Assembly (NCBI GenBank): GCA_951406725.2
Contig: OX597839.1
Location: 3,348,001 to 3,412,000, forward strand
Length of the DNA: 64,000 bases
From: Octopus vulgaris
Taxonomy: Eukaryota
Reading direction: 5' to 3'
The notes under the pieces were generated by a model. The model made no database searches, had not been told where the DNA came from, and worked only from the letters and a program-made list of their open reading frames with translations. The translations under genes and the position numbers were made by a program. Each line of letters starts with the position of its first letter. The first letter of the stretch is position 1. Shown here piece by piece: positions 54,699 through 64,000 of this stretch.

Positions 54699-55036
54699 TA
54701 TCTCCTTTCTTACTATTTCTCTTTGGGCATCAAATTCAGGATTTCTTCTAGGCGTTACCCGTCACCCTAGTGTTTGACCGAAAGGCTGTATTCATTCAAT
54801 CTTCGTCTATCGTTTCAAGTTACACTTGTTTGCTTTCGTACATCCACACTTGTCTTGTTTGCTCAATCCCTAATTCTCCTAAAAATTTTGCGGGTGCTGC
54901 CGATATACAGAGCTCTCAGCCATATCGCTTAAGCACGAAACTGAGCATCAGTATTTCCGGTCGATAACTGATGAAGAATTAAGGTCCTTCTGTTTCTGTC
55001 CTACGTGTACGTTTTGTAGTAATTAATGCATTTTTC

Positions 55037-55097
<61 letters not shown>

Positions 55098-55362
55098 ATC
55101 CAAACATGAAAGCACAAAAAAACACAACAACGCGAGAACGTGGAACAAATATAGTATTATCGGACGCTCAGGAAAGAAGGAAAGAAGCAGGGTTTAATGT
55201 TTCGAGCGGAGCTCCTCGTCGGAAACATAGGAGAGGGAAAGATCCAGAGAAGGGAAGACAGAGGAAAAAAATCGCCAACGGTACACACGCGGTCACATTT
55301 TGAATGTATATATATATATATATACATATATATACACATACACAAACATACATACATATCTG

Positions 55363-55406
<44 letters not shown>

Positions 55407-55415
55407 CGTACCTAC

Positions 55416-55447
<32 letters not shown>

Positions 55448-55608
55448 TCTATTTTATTTTATCCCCCCCTTTTTTTTGTCCTCTTTCTTTCCATTTACGA
55501 TCCCTTTTGATCGAAAACCAAACCCCCTTCTTTTACCCCCAAAAGAAAAGCTCTACCTTGTAATTTTGTCCTGTCTGTGTGCAGCCCTGTGTGGCTAATA
55601 AAGAATCA

Positions 55609-55682
<74 letters not shown>

Positions 55683-57026
55683 ATTCTTTAAAATGTTTCA
55701 GCTTCAAAGCTGCGGTTATGCTGGGACACCACCCTTGTCTATATCTGTATATAGAAAACAGCTATTTATTCCGAACGGGTTGAAATATAGGAAAAATACA
55801 AGTTGAAAATGCAGTGAGAATATTTAACATATTGTTTTATTATTATATTTAAAGATTTAACTGGTTTCACAGTTTACATTGATTTTAAAATATTTGAAAG
55901 AGAAAGACGAGTCTTATGTCGCAGCAGTTTTGCTTCTGACATGTGTTTGAAGACTGTCCTATCTTTATAGGTGGAGGCGCAATGGCCTAGTGGTTAGGGC
56001 AGCGTACTCGCGGTCATAGGATCGTGGTTTCGATTCCCTGACCGTTCGTTGTGAGTGTTTATTGAGCGAAAACACCTAAAGCTCCACGAGGCTCCGGCAG
56101 GGGATGGTGGTGATCCCTGCTGTACTCTTTCACCACAACTTTCTCTCACTCTTACTTCCTGTTTCTGTTGTACCTGTATTTCAAAGGGCCGGCCTTGTCA
56201 CTCTCTGTGTCACGCTGAATATCCCCGAGAACTACATTAAGGGTACACGTGTCTGTGGAGTGCTCAGCCACTTACACGTTAATTTCACGAGCAGGCTGTT
56301 CCGTTGATTCGGATCAACCGGAACCCTCGTCGTCGTAACCGACGGAGTGCTTCCATCTTTATAGGGAGTTCATGGTTCAAATTTGTATACGTTTTCAATA
56401 GGGTTTGATTGGTAAAGGATACTCACATGACCGGTCTTAGAAATTTTCGTGTGTTAGTATCAAGTGACAATGTTCAGCGTCGTAAATTAAGGCTGACACG
56501 ATTGACTGAACAAGCCCAGTAGTAGAAAACAACCAATGCTCTGAATATTTGCTGTCAAGTGTTATGAACATGATTAAGTTGTGACAGTGTATTTTGGACC
56601 TAAAATGAAGGTCGACACGGTTGAGCGAACGTGTTTAGTTACAATCAAAGCATTCCAAGTTTAATCTGCCAGGTGAGAGAGTAGGCGCGAGTCACCGCTT
56701 CTTGCTTTCTCTCGTTTTGCATGTATACTTATATAAATATACTCTTTTACTTGTTTCAGTCATTTGACTGTGGCCATGCTGGAGCACCGCCTTTAGTCGA
56801 GCAAATCGACCCCAGGACTTATTCTTTGTAAGCCTAGTACTTATTCTATCGGTCTGAAAAGTACCATTGATCGATAACTGATGAAGGATTATGGACTTTT
56901 TGTTTGTCTCACGTTTGTTTTAACATTCAGTATATGTCATGTCGTTTGCTTATATATCTTTTCATTTATCAAGCAATGGAACGCAATACACACCGAATTT
57001 GTATTAACAAGTAAGTTTATATATAA

Positions 57027-57276
<250 letters not shown>

Positions 57277-57478
57277 TACAAAATTAGAGAATGGAGAAAC
57301 ATACTTAAATCAGTAAAACATCAACTATCCGATGATACTCAATCCATACTTTAATACACCATTACATATGAGTAAAGGCAATATATAAAATGAAATGAGA
57401 TATACAGTAATAGTAAAAGTATAAAGATAAAGAGATATAAGTAAAAAATTTCAAATATAATATGCAAATAAATCAAAA

Positions 57479-57585
57479 CTGACAGCTGTTTCGGCAGTGA
57501 GGACAGTCATACCTCATTTAACCTATAAGCCATAAAGGCAGGTATAAATGAGGCATTAACAGGATGCCCCACGGCCTCTTCAGAG
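57479..57585 (-). ncRNA. Hammerhead ribozyme, mirror copy in the left arm of the 1.5-kb palindrome
   Basis: Reverse complement of 58492-58599 with a 1-nt indel in stem II. Confidence 0.75.
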
Positions 57586-57928
57586 AATTAAATTAAATTT
57601 GTTATAATAGTGAAAAATATTATATAATCATATACATATAAATATAAAAATATAAAAATGTAAAATATAAAAACTTATACATCATAATGCTACACTTATA
57701 TAATATAATACACATTTGTACAAAAAGGAAGGTAAACAGAACAAAATAAAACAAAATATATAACAGTGTATATATTAATATTAATAAGTACCGATATTAT
57801 ACATATTTGGCTAATAGTTTTTTTTATAAAAAAAAAAAGGGCTAACACATATGGAGATGAAAAATAATAATTAAATCCGTGGTACAGTTCATAAAATTCT
57901 AAAGCTATAAAAGTTAATAAAAATTACT

Positions 57929-57992
<64 letters not shown>

Positions 57993-58092
57993 TAATAAAA
58001 ATAGATACAGTTAAGTTAGCACCAAGTCCATCCTTTCAAGATATCTTGAAAGGATGGACTTGGTGCTAACTTAACTGTATCTATTTTTATTA

Positions 58093-58150
<58 letters not shown>

Positions 58151-58491
58151 AGTAATTTTTATTAACTTTTATAGCTTTAGAATTTTATGAACTGTACCAC
58201 GGATTTAATTATTATTTTTCATCTCCATATGTGTTAGCCCTTTTTTTTTATAAAAAAAACTATTAGCCAAATATGTATAATATCGGTACTTATTAATATT
58301 AATATATACACTGTTATATATTTTGTTTTATTTTGTTCTGTTTACCTTCCTTTTTGTACAAATGTGTATTATATTATATAAGTGTAGCATTATGATGTAT
58401 AAGTTTTTATATTTTACATTTTTATATTTTTATATTTATATGTATATGATTATATAATATTTTTCACTGTTATAACAAATTTAATTTAATT

Positions 58492-58599
58492 CTCTGAAGA
58501 GGCCGTGGGGCATCCTTGTTAATGCCTCATTTATACCTGCCTTTATGGCTTATAGGTTAAATGAGGTATGACTGTCCTCACTGCCGAAACAGCTGTCAG
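58492..58599 (+). ncRNA. Hammerhead ribozyme with long (~85 nt) rod-like stem II
   Basis: CT-CTGAAGA-GGCcGTGGGG...ATGCCTCATTTA...TAAATGAGGTAT...CCTCACtGCC-GAAA-CAGCTG-TC^AG. Stem III is the palindrome ACAGCTGT; stem I has only 2 clear bp in this copy. Confidence 0.75.
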
Positions 58600-58975
58600 T
58601 TTTGATTTATTTGCATATTATATTTGAAATTTTTTACTTATATCTCTTTATCTTTATACTTTTACTATTACTGTATATCTCATTTCATTTTATATATTGC
58701 CTTTACTCATATGTAATGGTGTATTAAAGTATGGATTGAGTATCATCGGATAGTTGATGTTTTACTGATTTAAGTATGTTTCTCCATTCTCTAATTTTGT
58801 AGTATTAATTTACGGTAATATTATTACCTTTACCCATTTAATACAATAGATGAACTGATTGCTTGACAATTTTTTACATCTATGTATTAATTTTGTTGGG
58901 TACCTATCTAGCAGTATATTGGATATATATTATCCCATGGTGGGTTGAATTTTCAACCCCTATCTCATTTTATAA

Positions 58976-59110
<135 letters not shown>

Positions 59111-59240
59111 GTCCCTTTCTTTAGAAGAGCGTAGGCTCGAAACGTAAAAGACTTTTTCTATTCCTGAGCGTTATACTAATACATCTGTTTGTTTTGTACA
59201 CCACATGTCTTCGTCTTTTGTTGTTTTTTTCGTAAACTCT

Positions 59241-59297
<57 letters not shown>

Positions 59298-59410
59298 ATC
59301 AGCCGAAATTGCGAGGATAAGCTGGTGCTTGACTGAGGAAAGTGAACTTCGAATGACTCGTCCTTGTTTTCTTTGTATCGTCTATCTGGATGTTTTCTTG
59401 TCCCATTTTG

Positions 59411-59489
<79 letters not shown>

Positions 59490-59699
59490 GTAGAAATATG
59501 TTAGAAAAAGAAAATATAAAATACACGTGGAAATGTAAGGGTAAAATATAAAAAAATCAACGAAAATGCACATTGCAAATAAAAAAAAGGCTTTTTATGA
59601 CAGGTAACGACAAATATATACATTTAGATGGACTGAGGTAGTAATAAGAGTCATAAAAGTCATTATTATGAGATTATTATAAGATGATAATTATATATG

Positions 59700-59750
<51 letters not shown>

Positions 59751-59827
59751 GTATGTATACATACACACACACACACACAAAGTAATCGAAGTGAACAGTA
59801 TTATATATCCCTTATGACCGATCTTAC

Positions 59828-59977
59828 CAGTCGGTTTCGCACTAGGGTCTCAACGGGATGTTATGTAACATCCAGATTATGTAATCCTGTGCTTCTCAGA
59901 GTTAACATCTATGGAAGAAAATATGGCGATTGTTACATCCGAAAATGTGGCGAAAAGATACATCCGGTTTATGGTTA
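59828..59977 (-). other. Candidate 150-nt non-coding exon
   Basis: Unique-sequence island between microsatellites, bounded on the minus strand by acceptor cattcattttttacag and donor ACTG|gtaag; stops in all three frames. Confidence 0.4.
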
Positions 59978-60181
59978 CTGTAAAAAATGAATGTATGTAT
60001 GTGTATGAATGTACCTACGTATGTGTATATATGTATGTTTATACACATATGTATATGTGTATGTATGTGTGTGTATACATACATACAGCATATATGTGTA
60101 CATATAGACATATCTATATGCATATATATGTGTGCGTTGTCGATTTTCTTTCTCCGTCTTCCCTCTTTGGACGTTTTCTAT

Positions 60182-60216
60182 ATTTCTGATGAAGAGCTCC
60201 GCTCGAAACGTGAAAT
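60182..60216 (+). ncRNA. Minimal hammerhead motif, probably inactive (G at position 17)
   Basis: ATTT-CTGATGA-A-GAGC-TCC-GCTC-GAAA-CG-TG-AAAT: canonical core but a GUG triplet. A relative at 55192-55226 (-) has the core CCGACGA. Confidence 0.7.
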
Positions 60217-60323
60217 CCTCTTTTCTTTCATTTCCTTTCCTGAGCGTCCAATAACACTGTACTTATTCCACGTCCTCGAGTTGTTCTTTTTCCGTGTTTT
60301 TTCTTGCTTGTTTATGTTTGCAT

Positions 60324-60373
<50 letters not shown>

Positions 60374-60478
60374 TATATAAAGTTAATCCAAACAAGAAAA
60401 CAAAAAAGACAACAACGCAAAGAGGTGGAACAATTAAAAGTATTATTAGGCGCTCAGGAAAAAAGGGAAGAAGGAGGG

Positions 60479-60523
<45 letters not shown>

Positions 60524-60798
60524 CGTGTTTATAAGCTTGTATATGTGTGTGTGTGTCTCTCTCTATATGTATATATCTCTATGCATATGCATACATATAT
60601 CCTCACACCCATACACATTCACACACACGTACGGGCGCATATAGGAGTACAATGCACGTATATGCACAAACATGTTTCTTCATAAACAAACTCTCTCGTG
60701 CTTGTAATCGCCTGTCTCTGCCTGTCGCATATCTGTGTGTGTGTGTATGTATGTATGTATGTATGTATGTATCTATATATATTATACGTATATATGTA

Positions 60799-60832
<34 letters not shown>

Positions 60833-60853
60833 GTATATATATATATATATACG

Positions 60854-60965
<112 letters not shown>

Positions 60966-60982
60966 GATAGATAGATAGATAG

Positions 60983-61019
<37 letters not shown>

Positions 61020-61028
61020 GATAGATAG

Positions 61029-61116
<88 letters not shown>

Positions 61117-61510
61117 GTATATGCTTGTTTGAGTATATCAAGGATTCCTTCCCCTCTCTGTTTTCAAGATTATATTTGAATCTTATTTAGTTCAATTCAA
61201 AGATTAAAAAAAAGTAGGTCTTCCTTTTAAGTTTTATCTACCAGATAAAACTATTCATGTTTTGTGCTTTTTTTTTATCTCTGAATATTGTTGTTGCTGT
61301 TGTTATTATTGTGGCTATTGTTGTTGTTGTTGCTATCATTAATACTCTTCTTCTTCTTCTTCTTCTTCTTCTTCTTCTTCTTCTTCTTCTTCTTCTTCTT
61401 CTTCTTCTTCTTCTTCTTCTTCTTCTTCTTCTTCTTCTTCTTCGTCCTAATAGTAATAGTAATAGTAGCAAAAATTATAGTGTAATAGTAGTTGTACTTG
61501 TATATTCCGA

Positions 61511-61566
<56 letters not shown>

Positions 61567-61786
61567 TATGTACATATATATATATATATATATACAAACG
61601 TATGCGCGCACACACACACATATTCTTTTATTCTCTTTGATTCAGTCATTTGACTGCGGCCGTGCTGGAGCACCGCCTTTAGTCGAAAAAATCGACCTCA
61701 GGACTCTTTGAAAGCCTAGTTCTTATTCTATCAGTCCGTTAGGCTGAACCGCTAAGTTACGGGGACGTAAAGATACCAACATCGGT

Positions 61787-61872
61787 TGCAGCTGAAGATA
61801 GCGCTGTATTTAAATTGATGTAATGATTGCACTGTTCAGTGAAGTGGGGCCGCCTGAAACGGTCGTACTGCA
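61787..61872 (+). ncRNA. Hammerhead-like motif
   Basis: TGCAG-CTGAAGA-(57 nt, imperfect stem II)-GAAA-CGGTCG-TA^CTGCA; 5-bp stem I and GUA triplet. Confidence 0.55.
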
Positions 61873-62422
61873 TCATTACATGATATCCTGTTGCTTATTT
61901 TGATTTTATTCACCTTACTTCTAGCTGCGCTGCTAATTCCGGACTGAGTTGGTGCTTCAACTTAAGTAACTTATTCAACTGAATCTTAATTACTTCTTAT
62001 ATCTATCTACGTGGAGGCACATGGCCTAGTGGTTAGAGCAGCGGACCCGCGGTCGAGTGATCGCGAGTTCGAATCTCAGACAGGACGATGTGTGTGTTTA
62101 TGAGCGAAACACCTAAGCTCCACGCGGCTCCGGCCGAAGATAATGGCGAACTTCTGGTGACACTTTCGCCACAACTTTCTCTCACTCTTTCCTCCTGCAT
62201 CTTGCAGCTCACTTGCGACGGACCGGCGTCCCGTCCTGGTTGGGAATCTATACGCCAAGGAAACCGGGAAACCGGCCCTATGAGTTAGGCGTGGCTCGAG
62301 AAGAAACAAACAACATATTCTATCTACACACACATACACACACATGTATATGTACACATACATATATCTATATATATATGTACACTCATATATATATATC
62401 TATATACATATATGTACACTCA

Positions 62423-62484
<62 letters not shown>

Positions 62485-62694
62485 TATATATTTTAAATTA
62501 TTACATTATATAAAAGGGCTTAGTAAAATAAATTACTTCGCCGCATACTGAACTCATTAGAAATAGCAGCTAAAAACTTTTTTTAAAGCTATTTCTAATA
62601 CTTAAAGAAAATCTCTCTCATATATAGCGTTTGCTTAATTTAACTCACAAAAGTTTGGGGGTAAGGACATTAAAAATCAAATGCTAAGGTTATT

Positions 62695-62746
62695 TGAGTA
62701 CGTACGTTTCAAGATTAGTCAAAACAACATTTCTCTCTTCAGCTCA
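62695..62746 (-). ncRNA. Type I hammerhead ribozyme, copy 1 of the 545-bp repeat
   Basis: Minus strand: TGAG-CTGAAGA-GAGA(17 nt)TCTT-GAAA-CGTACG-TA^CTCA, with palindromic stem III ACGTACGT and a GUA triplet. Confidence 0.85.
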
Positions 62747-63239
62747 TAAATTCCTTGGTTTGGATTTGGAAACACTGAAAGTAAGAACATACCCTTTCGA
62801 AGATCCGCTCTTAACTAACAGTGCCAGCAAACCCAAATAAGCAAGTGAATCATTTCTGTTCTCCCCTTTCCACCAGCGTGGGTTAAAATCATCAAACGCT
62901 ATGCTTATTTCGGTAAAATCCGAAGCAATAATTAGAGGGAGATTAATTATAATTTCAACAATTGAGGGTAAAATTAATTAATTATTAATCAATTTCACCA
63001 AGTGTTCAGTATGCAAAGGGACCATTTAAGGCGAATTCAAATTATTACATTATATAAAAGGGCTTAGTAAAATAAATTACTTCGCCGCATACTGAACTCA
63101 TTAGAAATAGCAGCTAAAAAACTTTTTTTAAAGCTATTTCTAATACTTAAAGAAAATCTCTCTCATATATAGCGTTTGCTTAATTTAACTCACAAAAGTT
63201 TGGGGGTAAGGACATTAAAAATCAAATGCTAAGGTTATT

Positions 63240-63291
63240 TGAGTACGTACGTTTCAAGATTAGTCAAAACAACATTTCTCTCTTCAGCTCA
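63240..63291 (-). ncRNA. Type I hammerhead ribozyme, copy 2 of the 545-bp repeat
   Basis: Identical to 62695-62746, offset by 545 nt. Confidence 0.85.
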
Positions 63292-63851
63292 TAAATTCCT
63301 TGGTTTGGATTTGGAAACACTGAAAGTAAGAACATACCCTTTCGAAGATCCGCTCTTAACTAACAGTGCCAGCAAACCCAAATAAGCAAGTGAATCATTT
63401 CTGTTCTCCCCTTTCCACCAGCGTGGGTTACAATCATCAAACGCTATGCTTATTTCGGTAAAATCCGAAGCAATAATTAGAGGGAGATTAATTATAATTT
63501 CAACAATTGAGGGTAAAATTAATTAATTATTAATCAATTTCACCAAGTGTTCAGTATGCAAAGGGACCATTTAAGGCGAATTCAAATTATTACATTATAT
63601 AAAAGGGCTTTAATAATTAATTAATTTTACCCTCAATTGTTGAAATTATAATTAATCTCCCTCTAATTATTGCTTCGGATTTTACCGAAATAAGCATAGC
63701 GTTTGATGATTTTAACCCACGCTGGTGGAAAGGGGAGAACAGAAATGATTCACTTGCTTATTTGGGTTTGCTGGCACTGTTAGTTAAGAGCGGATCTTCG
63801 AAAGGGTATGTTCTTACTTTCAGTGTTTCCAAATCCAAACCAAGGAATTTA

Positions 63852-63903
63852 TGAGCTGAAGAGAGAAATGTTGTTTTGACTAATCTTGAAACGTACGTAC
63901 TCA
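63852..63903 (+). ncRNA. Type I hammerhead ribozyme in the inverted copy of the 545-bp repeat
   Basis: tgagCTGAAGAgagaaatgttgttttgactaatcttGAAAcgtacgTActca read directly on +. Confidence 0.85.
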
Positions 63904-64000
63904 AATAACCTTAGCATTTGATTTTTAATGTCCTTACCCCCAAACTTTTGTGAGTTAAATTAAGCAAACGCTATATATGAGAGAGATTTTCTTTAAGTAT

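Larger units (their letters stand above)
62495..64000. repeat. 545-bp HHR-bearing unit: two near-identical tandem copies, a short third start, then an inverted copy (PLE pLTR / retrozyme-like)
   Basis: Unit start aaattattacattatataaaagggctt at 62495, 63039 and 63584; reverse-complement copy from about 63610 to the window end; left edge abuts (TA)n. Confidence 0.9.

Noticed and set aside
54885-54990. GTGCT..AGCAC-GAAA-CTGAGCATCAG-TA, and isolated CTGATGA at 54968 and 56878
   Set aside because: The stem II/III-like part has no recognisable 5' core and the CTGATGA boxes have no matching GAAA; not counted as ribozymes.
59330-59370. CTGAGGA-AAG-TGAA-CTT-CGAATGACTCGTC as a hammerhead
   Set aside because: Lacks GAAA and a convincing stem I; at best a remnant.

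Overview
AT-rich, microsatellite-saturated animal genomic DNA; the SINE families, the (TA)n/(CA)n/(TCTA)n/(AAT)n load and the gene style point to an octopod cephalopod (inference). There are two host genes: a 4-coding-exon ESCRT-I VPS37 (Mod(r) domain) gene on + (899-5863, 270 aa) and a single-exon-CDS Anp1/Mnn9/Van1-like (GT62) type II membrane glycosyltransferase on - (25663-26970). Most of the rest is mobile DNA: several tRNA-type SINE families, RTE and CR1 LINE ends, mariner, hAT, piggyBac and pogo relics and MITEs, a non-autonomous Helitron, and two decayed Penelope-like element (PLE) ORF fragments. The main signal, invisible in the ORF track, is about 20 type I hammerhead ribozyme (HHR) motifs read by eye from roughly 8-9 unrelated short repeat families. 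Most of these repeats sit in (TA)n tracts, occur as tandem and/or head-to-head inverted copies, and have a palindromic stem III. The clearest are a 545-bp tandem-plus-inverted unit (62495-64000), a 358-bp unit with a near-canonical HHR (43938-43989) and a 1.5-kb spacerless palindrome (57273-58805). Several families carry non-canonical cores (G3-C8 swap, U6, C4). This looks like a dense PLE pLTR / non-LTR retrozyme system. All folds were derived by hand, cleavage activity is untested, and repeat boundaries are approximate.
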